NCBI GenBank assembly: GCA_051362555.1 | Contig: CM120640.1 | Span: 71,402,788 to 71,466,787, forward strand | Direction: 5' to 3' | Source of the DNA: Lingula anatina | Lineage: Eukaryota > Animalia > Brachiopoda | DNA: 64,000 nucleotides | Shown here: positions 1 to 12,300 of the stretch, in pieces | How the letters are laid out: every line of letters starts with the position of its first letter | Numbering within the stretch: the first letter of the stretch is position 1 | The notes under the pieces: model-generated | Told to the model about the DNA's origin: nothing | The model's input: the letters and a program-made list of their open reading frames with translations, nothing else | The model's database searches: none | Translations under genes and position numbers: made by a program

Positions 1-413
1 GGACTACTATTTGACTAAGTTTCCCGTGCGCTCTCTTCTCTCCGTCTACTTCATACCAGTATTGGTGTCTCTAGACGTACACGAACAGATACAGATGCCC
101 ATTTCTTCTACGCACGCACGCACACACACTTCACCCCTCCCTCCTCAGTTAAAAAACTATACACTATACAATACAACTATACAATTTTAGTCGTTTTTTA
201 CCTGGTTCTGGTATTTTAGATGCATAATTCATAGACTGTGATTTTAGTGATTGATCCAAGATTTCAATGTATCCACTGGACGCTCTTTCTACTGCTACAT
301 TTTGGAGCTTTTGGACATTTTTTGTTGGTGGACTAAGTACACATGGTGCAGCTATAAGTTATTCAACACAAGGAAGGTCACCAGTATACTGGTCAAATAC
401 TGCTCAGTCTTAG

Positions 414-3400
414 TTGTTGTCAGAGTTACTGACCACTCAACCACAAGTCATGGCAATTAGTAGCTTTGGGACATTGAGTAGAAGAGTGCCACCCATCACT
501 TACTGTAGAAGACAGCTTTTTCATCTACAACCAGAGCCAACATCTGATGTATACAATCTACCTAACAATGTCAAGAAACTGCTTTGTAAGTTCAAAATTA
601 TCAGAAACTGTAGAGGAAGTAAAGGAGGAGTTGGACGAAATAGAAGGATAAAATATGTATCAAGTAGAAGAATAACATCTAGAACCAGTAGAAATGGGAA
701 TGATGATTATCAAAGTGGTGTAAACTTTCTGAACTTAAAGTATGTGATAACTGAAAGAACTGTACAGGTACCCACAGTCAAGTTGGCACTTATGAACTGT
801 AGATCAGTGAGGAATAAGGGGTCTATCATACGTGACTTGGTGAAGGATGACAATATTGATTTAGTCTCCTTAGTGGAAACCTGGATAACACCCGATCTTC
901 AACATCATATGCTTGCCGATATTACCCCAACCGGTTACCAGTGTATTCATATACCCCGCACGATTCGGAGAGGGGGTGGAGTTGCTTTTCTTTCACAGGA
1001 CAGCTTCACAGTAACCCAACAGCCAAAAAGGATTGATCCATTGTCTTTTGAGTACATTGAGGTTTTAGTTACAGCTATATCAGTGACATTGCGTATCATT
1101 ACAGTATACAGAATACCTCCATCTAAAACCAATAATTTGCGAAAAATGTTATTCCTCAGTGAGTTTTCTGATCTCCTTGAGTACCTAGCACCTCTTCGAG
1201 GGAAACTTCTTATCGTCAGCGACTTGAATATACACTGGGATGATCAACACATTTCTGAAACCAAGCAGTTTGCTTCATTTATTGATTCATTTGGACTTAC
1301 ACAGTACGTGTTAGATCCCACCCATGTTCGCGGTCATACGCTTGATATGGTATTGGCTAGGGAAAGTGATTCACTTGTAACATCATGTGAGGTAGGGCAT
1401 TTACTTTCTGACCATCATGTTATCAACACCACGCTTAGATGTGGCAGACCGCACCCCAGTAAGGAGAAAGTCTCGTTCAGAAAAATCAAGGGCATTGATG
1501 TAAATGAATTACAACGACAGATAACATCACAGCTGGGTGATTTAAGTTTTGATAATTTGAGTCCTGAGGAATGTGTGCTTCTGTATGACAGGACATTGAC
1601 AACTGCACTTGACAACCTTGCACCTGTCAAAACTAAAACGTTTGTTAAGAAAGATCTGCAACCTTGGATGAATGATCACATTCTGGAGGCAAAGAGAGAC
1701 AGAAGGAAAGCGGAGAGGAAGTGGCATGATACAAGAATGTGATGGTGATACCAAGGCTTTATTTAGAACTGTCAACACTATTCTGGGAAAAACTAATTGC
1801 TCTAAGTACCCCAAAACAGATTCAGTGAAAGATCTTGCAAATAACATGAGTGACTTTTTCGTGTCTAAAGTCAGTAATATCAACGCTGAACTTTCTGAAT
1901 TAGGAAAGACTGTGACTACACCATCGCATCCACCTTTGTCAGAACTTTTACAAGAACCACAGTCACTCATCACTATATTTGAACCAACAACTACTTGTGA
2001 AGTAACAAAGATAATAAACAGTTCCAAAAAGACATCATGCATGTTAGACCCGATCCCATCATCATTATTGGTTCAGATTCTTCCGGCTGTAATAACTTTG
2101 ATTGTGGAAATTATCAACAAATGTTTCACTGTGGGTGTTTTTCCAAAAAAGTTTAAATCTGCAATAATTCGCCCACTACTCAAAAAGGACAACCTTGACA
2201 CGGATCTTTTGGTAAACTATCGTCCTGTTTCCAATTTGTCATTTTTATCTAAGGTAGTAGAAAGGGTTATAGCAGTTAGACTATTTAAGCATTTAGAAGC
2301 AAACAATCTTGTTGAGGAAATGCAGTCAGCCTACAAATTCAATCATAGCACAGAATCTGCACTTTTGAGAATTAAAAATGATTTGTTAAGTGGTGTTGAC
2401 AAACATTCTGCTATGTTATTGGTACTGTTAGATTTGTCTGCTGCGTTTGACACAGTAGACCATAATATTTTATTGACATTTCTAGAGCAGAGTGTAGGGG
2501 TTAGAGATAAGGCCTTAGATCTTTTACGATCCTATCTTGTTGGGAGAATGCATCAAGTTAATATAAATGGTGTGCTTTCTGAACTCTCACAGCTTTTATT
2601 TGGTGTTCCTCAGGGGAGCGTGCTTGGCCTGCTTAAGTTTTGTGTTTACACCTTACCCCTTGGAGCAATTCTGCGTTATCATAAGATAGGTTACCACTTT
2701 TATGCCGATGATACCCAGTTGTACACATCTTGTAACATCCATGATCCAGCATTGTCTGTGAACACAATTGTTGATTGCATATCAGACCTCAGAGGTTGGC
2801 TCATTTCAAACAAATTGAAGATAAATGATGGAAAAACAGAATTTTTAGTCATTACTCAACCCCACAACAAGGGCCTTGCTCATAACTTGCAACTTAAAAT
2901 TGGAGCTAGTATGGCATTTTCCTCCCCCCATGTAAAAAATTTAGGAGTATACTTTGATTCTACACTTTCAATGGACAAACAGATCTCCAACATCACAAGG
3001 TCTTGTTTATTCAACATTCGGAATATTGGTACCATAAGGAAACATCTGAATCAATCTGCTGCTGCTACTGTTATACACTCATTGGTAACTTCCAGGCTAG
3101 ACTATTGCAATTCTATATTATATGGATGTCCAGATGATAAGATCAAAAGATTACAACGCATCCAGAATATATCAGCACGGCTTTTAATGCTACAGCCTAG
3201 GGATTGCCATATCACTCCAATTTTAAAGCATCTGCACTGGTTACCAGTTAGGGCCAGAATTTTATTTAAGGTTTTAGTTTTTACACATGCTGCTTTTCAT
3301 AATCTAGCTCCACCATATATAACTGATTTAGTCAAACATTATAGCCCTCAAAGATCCCCGAGGTCTGGTGACAAACTTTTACTGAAAGTTCCAAAATCAA

Positions 3401-3752
3401 GGTTAAAATCATATGGTGACATATCATTTTGTGTAGCTGCACCAGTAGAGTGGAATAAGTTGCCAATTTTTATTAGACAAATAGAATCACAAGAATCTTT
3501 TAAAAAGGAATTAAAAACTCATATTTTTAAGACATTTTATTCATGAATCTTAAATTTTATAATTTTAAAGAAACCTTGGATTTTTTACTTTTAATTACTG
3601 TTTATTACAATCAAGTTAGTTTAGCTCTTATTTATATAAAATATATCTTAACCATTTTTATCTATAAACTTCTTTGTATTTTATGTTGTACAGTCTATTG
3701 AACATTTTATGGATTTTAGACTTGAAATAAATATATTATTATTATTATTATT
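414..3752 (+). mobile_element. L2/CR1-group non-LTR retrotransposon (APE endonuclease + RT), near full length, one frameshift; 5' limit uncertain
   Basis: ORF 414-1742 has APE motifs (MNCRS, LVETW, GGGVA, SDLN, GHTLD, SDHH). ORF 1672-3546 has RT motifs (YRPVSNL, LLDLSAAFDTVDH, GVPQGSVLG, YADD) and an L2-type C-terminus (LHWLPV). AATAAA at 3726 is followed by an (ATT)n tail to 3752. Confidence 0.93.
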
Positions 3753-3895
3753 ACACTTGGTCAATTAATAACTCTGCAAACTTAATGTTATACCAGAAGA
3801 ATTTTAAAATAAAATCAGATTTAAATCAAAACACAATCTGTTCCCCATATAGTGAGTGACGTGATAAATGAGGGCAGTGTATCACCTACCACTAT

Positions 3896-6094
3896 TAACC
3901 TTTTTCATCTTTTGCGGAAATACGAAGTGCGCATGACAGGAACCGCACGCCACAGGGGTCATGGTAGTCCTCTGCTGTTTCCAGCATGGCAATGTTAGGT
4001 CATAGAAGTTTCTCTACTTCTATGGTTAGGTGTAGATGATGTACAAGGAGTGCATATAAAAAGGTCGTATGAAGCGTGCATTGCTTTCTGTCAAACTAAA
4101 AAGGTGGCTGAAGCACAGAAATGCGTAAAATGTAGGCAAGAAACAGCTATTTGGACGGAGAATCAAGCAATTAAATGTTTTCTTTCTCAGTTTAAATACG
4201 ATGCGCTGTACAACTAGACTTCACCTAAGCGTCCGAGCCTTAATTGGCTGCACTTTCAATAGTGATGACGAACTAAAGCTTCAGAGTTCTTTTAAATGCT
4301 TCCGATAATAATGATATGCGAAAGAGACTCGTTATTTTTTTATATATAAAATCAAAATAGCCAGTAGACTTGTACACAGCTTTCAAGAGTGTGGACAGGT
4401 GCGTAGGCCTACGTCTTCACAATATTACATGTATATATGCAAGCTGTGGCGATATCACCTCATTTACCGGCAGTGTCAATTCTTTACCATTTTTATGTCT
4501 TGTTTGAAGGATGTCTTAAGAGATTTTTGAAGTGATAAAATGAAAAGATTCCCTGCATTGTTTGACTCGTACCTACTGTGTACTGACATGCAGATCGTTC
4601 GTCGGTGAACTGATTAAATCGTTTGGTACCTGATAAGGCATCAGGTGTTACTTGTTCAATTATCGGTAAGGGGGCGGCCACAACTACGACCTTTCCTCTG
4701 TAATTAAAAACCTTCTAATTTTAAGTGTTAAATAGGTGAGACAGGAATTCTCGAGTCTTTCCCAGAAGATAATTAAAGTTTACCGTGTCTTACTCTAGTA
4801 TATGTACAAAATTTACGACAGGTAAAAAATGTCAGACTTTCGGTCTGACATGTATGAAAATTTTGTCAAACTGAAACAAAACCGTCAGGCAAAAACAAAA
4901 TTATAGCAAGAGGCCAAATTATTTGATTTTTAAATGTTTTCAAGCGTATTTTCATCGTTTTCAATCAAAGACAATAAAATCATTCAAATAAAGTGTTTTC
5001 CACACATTTCATACTTTTCAACTAAGACAGTTAAATATACGTAGGCTTACTTTAATACTAAGCATATTTGTATTACTTTACAAATACGTTGTTAGATTAT
5101 TTTTATTATCCATTTTGTCTTTACCATACATGTATTACGTACGTGTAGCTTACAGAAAGGCTTTTCTGCATTTTTTTGTAAATATAATATTTTCCAATTC
5201 TCTTGTCATTGAGTTCAGAAATAAATAACTTTTTATTTTGCCGATAACGCGTTCAACAAGAGCCGATGTACTTTCTTCTTCGTATGTCTCTGTTGATCTT
5301 GATAATATGAGCCCCGTTTGTACAAATCAGTAATACGTATACGGGACTGGATACATAATGATAAAAATTTTATCAACGTCTCACATTAAAAAAAAATAGA
5401 ACCCACCCTACTAAGGGTTATGAGAGACTAAAACCTGTGATAGGTCTACTACATTTAAAATGATCACTTATCAATAAAACACACACAAAAAGGATATTAC
5501 ATACAAAACTTTTCAAACCTCCTCTTTGTTGTTACAGAAAAAGTCGTGAAAGTTCTTGAATTTTTTGTAAGTAGAATCCCCGTGTAAAACTTCACAGCTT
5601 TTACTTTCTTTTTCCATAATCTCATGCTTGAAGTCTTTTCTTTATTTTTAGGCCCCGGACTATTCTTCAATTTTTCTCTTCAGATCTTTATAATGTTTTT
5701 TTTTCTCGCATTGTTTACCCCGAGTTCTATTTGCCGATAGTTCATTATATCCGTTGATTAACTAAGCATTTCTGTTTTTTATGAAAGCACTGTTGATCTC
5801 CTAATATTTTAGTTTTTCTTCCCGCCTTTGAAATGTTCAGCGCAAACGTGGTGCCCTGCTTTTGATCCAAACCTGCTATATTTTCCTTTCTTTCTACCAT
5901 ATTTTTCATTCTAACGGGTTTGTTGGGAACTTATTAAACCTCATGTGTCGATCTCGCTTACTGTTATTGTAGCAGCGGGACAAAAAGCACGTAAACCCAG
6001 CCATGGTTTTTAGCACCGCTGTAAGTGTTTTGACGTAGCAGGGCTCCCCTACCCACAATGCAATTTCCATTTCCGGAAAAGATGAAAAAGGTCT
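3896..6094 (-). mobile_element. Decayed DNA transposon, ISL2EU/PIF-Harbinger-like, with THAP-domain remnant
   Basis: About 24-bp imperfect TIRs: acctttttcatcttttgcggaaat at 3898 and atttccggaaaagatgaaaaaggt ending 6092. AT dinucleotide on both flanks (3894-95, 6095-96). The minus strand from 6004 reads MAGFTCFLSRCYNNSK..RFNKFPTN..W..HHVCAEHF (THAP C2CH pattern with stops and shifts), with KFYTG near 5590. Confidence 0.75.
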
Positions 6095-7840
6095 ATAGGA
6101 GGTCCTGTCCCCATTGTGGTGGTGACAATATCTGGGGCCGTCGGATCCCTCACAAGAGCTGATATCTCATTATCCCAGAACACGGTCTTTGTCTGAACTA
6201 TAGTAGCTCTGAAAGAACAATCAAGGATAATTTCAGGTTATTTTTGTTAAGTTTAAATACTTCATAAAAACTAAAAATAGACTATAGACAGCACAGCTTG
6301 CAAATATACACGGTACATACCATATCCAGCAAAATGTTGCATCAGTATTTTTTTAAAAAAATCAGCTTTTAAAAAAATAATCCTATTAAGCTGATTTTTG
6401 TAAGTAACCTGCCTCACTGGGTAGGGACTGACATTTGGATAGCAATGGCAAATGTGATGACTATGACACAGACAGACACAGTGATCAGAATAAATAGACA
6501 CATACAGTGGCTGTATATAACAACTTTCTATAACTATAAAAAAACTCACTATCTGATTCAATCTAGCTGGGACAATACTGATGCAAAGAAATGACGAGAT
6601 CTGCAATAATTTTTAAACAGTAACATTCCACTTTAACTGAGGCCTTTGTCAAAAGATAACATGTCCTTAAAACCACCTACTTGAAAACCAAATGTCCCTG
6701 GAAGCTGGTTGGAGCATTCCAGGTTAGAACCACCTCTGATTTGTCACTGCCGCTACTGTGAGATATGGCATTCTGAAAAATGACACAAATTAACATTTGT
6801 CTCAACTTTACCAACAATACAAGGCAGAGCAATAATGAAGTCCTTCAACAAAACTGTGATTTTATTATGAAAATCTTCAAACAAAACATACTTTAAAGAA
6901 AGTTGTTTGGGATATAAATTACCAAAAAATCATGTTTATTTTTTTAGAAATTTTACTCTAAAATGTGGCAAAATTGTCTGCATGACCTATAGTTCTATAA
7001 TGAGGCTCTGATATTTACATCCAGTGCTGTTACCAAATATAGGTTAACATCCACATAGAATTAAGGGACTTACACCAAGCGCTTTGTCACACAAAATTTT
7101 GGACCCAGAAATGGCGTCAAATCTTCCAATGGGCTCCTCTACGTTAAGTGATGGATCTGCTCTACGAGCCTGCACAAAAAAACCTTTAAACCTCTCTCCA
7201 TTCTTTCCCTTTATGGTAACTGAAACACATGCATAAGAACTAAAATATAATGAAATTTATTTATTTCTCCATTTATTAACTGATTCATCAAGTTATTTTA
7301 TTTAGTAGTTTTAAATATGTAAAGGATTATAAATAGTTCAAGACTGATGTTGTCAGTACGACTGTAGCACATCATCAGTGTGCTGATGTATATACCGTAT
7401 ATTAGCTTTCTGGGTATGAAAATATTGTAAAATAAATGGTTAAGTAGTTGTAAAAAAATTTTAAAAGACTTGGCATCAAGATTATTATTTCATCTAAAAA
7501 AGCAAAATTGGGCTTAGAACTGAGGAGTAAATGTGGCATGATATGATATGTAAAAGTGTATGTGCTGCCACCTCTGAGGATGTCACATATTCCTATCTAC
7601 AGGGACATTTCATGCTAAGAGTTGGAGATATATCATTATAAACTTACGTGTGACACTGCCTCCCTCTGCATACTGGTCCACACTGGGGGTGATAGTGTAT
7701 GGGGAGGGTCCACTCTGTCCACTGGTGCCATGACCACTGGGGACCATATTGATACAGGCCAGTTCTGGGGGTCCACTACTGTACCCACTGGCCTGGCTGA
7801 CCAGACACACACACAACACCAATAACTGGACTGTGGTCAT
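6049..7840 (-). CDS. Secreted Reeler-domain protein (FRRS1/defense-protein-like); exons 7648-7840, 7074-7219, 6681-6772, 6049-6208; C-terminus supplied by the transposon
   Basis: Signal peptide MTTVQLLVLCVCLVSQASG followed by Reeler motifs (GYSSGPP..AC..MVPSGH, PSPYTI, FKGFFVQAR, PIGRF, NAISHS..K, LTWNAP, ATIVQ..VFW). GT-AG introns have consistent phases. A probable 5'-UTR exon ends at 10666. Confidence 0.85.
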
Positions 7841-8136
7841 TGCTCTAACTGATACTGAAACAGAACACAACACCAATAACTGGACTGTGGTCATTGCTCT
7901 AACTGATACTGAAACAGAACACAACACCAATAACTGGACTGTGGTCATTGCTCCAACTGATACTGAAACAGAACACAACACCAATAACTGGACTGTGGTC
8001 ATTGCTCTAACTGATACTGAAACAGAACACAACACCAATAACTGGACTGTGGTCATTGCTCTAACTGATACTGAAACAGAACACAACACCAATAACTGGA
8101 CTGTGGTCATTGCTCTAACTGATACTGAAACAGAAC
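7811..8136 (-). repeat. 54-bp tandem repeat x6 containing the splice acceptor and start codon of the Reeler gene
   Basis: Minus-strand unit gttctgtttcag|tatcagttagagcaATGaccacagtccagttattggtgttgt; copies almost identical. Confidence 0.95.
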
Positions 8137-8786
8137 AGAATTTAAAACATTGCCATATCACTTTTATCAAGTATAACTACAACCTTAAACTTCTTATGGG
8201 GTGACATATTTTATTTATAAGCTGCTCATCAGCAAATTGCATACTTAAATCATTAATGTATTGTAATTACTCAACAAAACCAGTAACTCTACAGAGCTTT
8301 GACTGTCAATGTAATGCTGACCACATGAAATCTGTCATGTAGAATGTGGTTGTCAGCTTTCCTAACCTCCAGCCACCTCAACACCAGAACATTTACCACA
8401 GAGCAGGATGAGGTACAGAACCTCCAAATATAGCAACTGGCTGTGTAAACAGTGGCCCCACCTAGCTGCCAATTCACTGTATTAACTGGTTCAACACATA
8501 CTCCATTTACTACATCAATATGGAACCCTTTCATACCTGTAGACTGTGGAGAGAAAAAACTTCAATAAACAGAAAGGTTATTATATTCAAACACAATATA
8601 GACTTTAAAAAATATTGAGGAAGGAAAACAATTTTAGAAAACATATTTTATGCGTCATCTTTTTAATTTTAGCAACTTTCTATTTCTCAAAGACTTTTAG
8701 AGACCAAACAACATGATGTGGCTATAGTGGAATATCCACCTTACAGATCCAACTGAATCACTCCCATTAGGTTCATTCTAGCTTTG

Positions 8787-9383
8787 CCTAGTCACGTAAT
8801 CTATATCACAGTATCTATAAGAACTGCCAGGTAATAACTAGCCTTACCCAGTCACGTAATCTATATCACAGTATCTATAAGAACTGCCAGGTAATAACTA
8901 GCCTTGCCCAGTCACGTAATCTATATCACAGTATCTATAAGAACTGCCAGGTAATAACTAGCCTTACCCAGTCACGTAATCTATATCACAGTATCTATAA
9001 GAACTGCCAGGTAATAACTAGCCTTACCCAGTCACGTAATCTATATCACAGTATCTATAAGAACTGCCAGGTAATAACTAGCCTTGCCCAGTCACGTAAT
9101 CTATATCACAGTATCTATAAGAACTGCCAGGTAATAACTAGCCTTGCCCAGTCACGTAATCTATATCACAGTATCTATAAGAACTGCCAGGTAATAACTA
9201 GCCTTACCCAGTCACGTAATCTATATCACAGTATCTATAAGAACTGCCAGGTAATAACTAGCCTTACCCAGTCACGTAATCTATATCACAGTATCTATAA
9301 GAACTGCCAGGTAATAACTAGCCTTACCCAGTCACGTAATCTATATCACAGTATCTATAAGAACTGCCAGGTAATAACTAGCC
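8787..9383. repeat. 60-bp minisatellite, about 10 copies
   Basis: Unit cccagtcacgtaatctatatcacagtatctataagaactgccaggtaataactagcctt(a/g) repeats in register with the 60-nt lines. Confidence 0.97.
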
Positions 9384-12300
9384 AGAGGACAGGCAGTTCC
9401 CTGAGAAGTCTGAGAATGGCGCTAATAGATCACCTTATTTGGATTCACTCATATTAACCTCATGGATAAGTTATACACATTCCTTCTACAGAGCTCACTC
9501 AATTAAAGACTATTTTGATGCCAACTTAAGACCTTAGCAGTCAGCTGGTACAGACGTTTGACCTTTGAAAATGTTTTAAAGTAATTTTTATACTAAATAT
9601 CTTATGTATTCCAACTAAAGAACTAACTAATAAATCCACTCAAATTTAAGTACCAAATGGTCTTAATTCTAATCTGAAATATCAGGAATACATTGCTGTG
9701 TTAATTAAGTATGATTTTTTAGAACTAATTTTTTTAAATAAGAAATTTTAGAAATACAAGTGCAAGCAATGATTCATGTCATGAGTAGGAGGTAATAGCT
9801 TTTTCTTCTCCAGAAAAATGAACTTTGGTGCAGAAATCCTTTTTGAACACACAAACAGTTTTTTGGGAGAAAAAATATCCCATAATGCCAATAAATGAAG
9901 TTTAGAGACTAACACTGATGTCTACTTTATATCTCTATCTATGCACTTACCTGTCCACTTTGTAAGGCAACTGAACAGGAAATTACTCCCTTAAATTTTG
10001 TTCTTACTTGTGTTCACTTCTTTACCAGGATATCCTATTTCTCAGCATCATGTCATAAACCACTGCTGCTTGCTACTTATACGTAAATTTAGATTTCATT
10101 TGTAAATATTAAACCAAGCATTACAAAGCACTAGAGAGTGAGATGTTACTATCAGATTGTTTTCACAACTTTGAAATTCTGCATTTTTGAAAAGGTGTGG
10201 ATTGTACTGTGATGAAATATCCACACCAAGAGGGGTAGTAAAATAATTGTGTGTAACTCAGTTATCAATAGCAATAACATAGTAAATATCCCAGCATAGG
10301 TCTTTTTATTACATGAGTGGGAAAATTTATGAATTTGGTGTAAATTAAGGTATTTATCCAATTTTGATGAGTTTTTCACTAAAACTGTAAAAGTTGAAAT
10401 TTGAGAAAACCTGGCAAAGCAAGCAAACACTCTAGAAAGTAGAAGTCTCCAGAACCGGTTTTACAGCCACAAAGTTTTAACTTTCGTGCTACTCCGAGTA
10501 CAGAAAACACCTCGCTGTTTTAGTATATCTGAATATATCTCGATTATCAAAAGATACCGCGTACTTCAAAAACATAGAATATTATAGTTAAATAATTATT
10601 ATAAAGTTTTCCACCAATCTAGTCTTGAATTCAATAAATATATGACAATAACAAACACAACATACCTTCGACTGTTGGAAGCCCTGACCTACTTTTTGAC
10701 CTGACGAAATCAGCTCAACCACGCGTAAAAAATTATTTACAGTGTTTAATTTTACCTGCCCTTAAAATGGGAAAAAAGCCCCCCCCCCCTCACAAACATA
10801 GGGACAGTATATGAAGGACTATACATGTAAGCGGGAAGATAACGACAACTGGGTTTTTTTTAGGTAAGTTTACTCTTGGTAATCAAAATAAGAATTAATA
10901 TAAGACTAAAATTAAGGCTTCCAGAGAATCCTGTGCTTTCATAAAAGAATAAACCCGCTTACGGCACATCAAAGTCAAACATCAAACAGAACAAAACTAC
11001 ACATCAAAAACGCCGAGCGCGTCACGGCCTCCACGAGTGTGCTGCGTCGTGTGCGGCCGATGACGTGGCTCACGACGTTCTGCGTCGTCAGTGGCGACGA
11101 CGACATTGCATCAAAAATGTACAAGACAAAGAACAAAACAGGGTACATACACAAAGAAAGTAGTTGCAATTGTATGCAAACTGACAGCAAATATATTTTA
11201 CCACGTAAGTGCAACTAAGGCAAATATTTGCAGAAAGGGTCCAACTGCAGCAAAACACAGCCCTAATGTGTCTGTGCAACTAACACAACGTAGTCATTTC
11301 ATTACATGGGATGATGAACCCGTTCGCAACATTAAAATATTACCAAAAGAGGAAATTTAAACGGGTCAGGATTCCACTTTTGATAATAAGACTTAAAAAC
11401 ATAGACCAGATTCAAGTTGATTCTTAAGCCAACCGCAATTCTTGATAAATATATTAAAGTGTTTATGCGAGCTATCTGTCCTCCGTTCGAGGCTCGTGTG
11501 TCCTCTCCTCGCACCGAGTGTCTTTATTTAGCTCTGCTCTACGTCGCCAGATCCGCTCTCCGTATTCACAGGTCGAAGCTCCTTGTGTAACTGTGTGGGT
11601 ATATACAGTAGTCTTAGAAAGGTGTGTAGGCGAGTCCGCACCCTCTCGCGTCGTGGCTCGAACTGCTCTTAGTCTACAAATATACTGCACTCCCGCCAGG
11701 TGATTTAGACTCGTCTCCGTAGTTCGGGGAGTGCTTCCGGCACAATCACAACACTCCTCCCCTCTTTATTTGAAAGAGATGAGTTTACTTCAAGTTTTTC
11801 CTGATAGAATCATACACGCAGTACGTTAGTAATTCCAGCGGTGCTCACCTGAAATTCTTAACATATATACAAGTTAAAAAGATATTTACACAAAGATACA
11901 TGTACAGATTTACAAGGGAGTCCCCAAAAACAAAACTAATGACTCCAGTGTGAACAAAATCACTGTGCATATTTACAAAGGCTGAGTCTACAAAAACAAA
12001 AACGACTCCAGCATAGACAAAAATACTTATTTACACAGGAATCTACAAAAACAAAACAAAAGATTCCTGTAATTCAGAGAAGACAATTGACAAATTCTGA
12101 GAATGACATCTCATGGCTTCTGCCATTCCAGCATGACAATATTATAACTGTCACACAGGCATCACTCTTGATTCATCACTGTGACTCTGGGAATATTTAC
12201 AATCCAAGTGAATGATCATTAGAGGATAAAGTCAAAGACAGTAAAGGACCAATATCTGTCATATAACAATTATCTGCATGACATACGCGTCACACACTCT

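Noticed and set aside
7749-8204. Plus-strand 151-aa repetitive ORF
   Set aside because: It is the antisense reading of the stop-free 54-bp repeat.
8367-8477. Possible extra Reeler exon encoding a signal-like peptide (ELAARWGHCLHSQLLYLEVLYLILLCGKCSG), in phase with the next exon
   Set aside because: No start codon, a weak acceptor, and a phase match has a one-in-three chance; needs transcript data.
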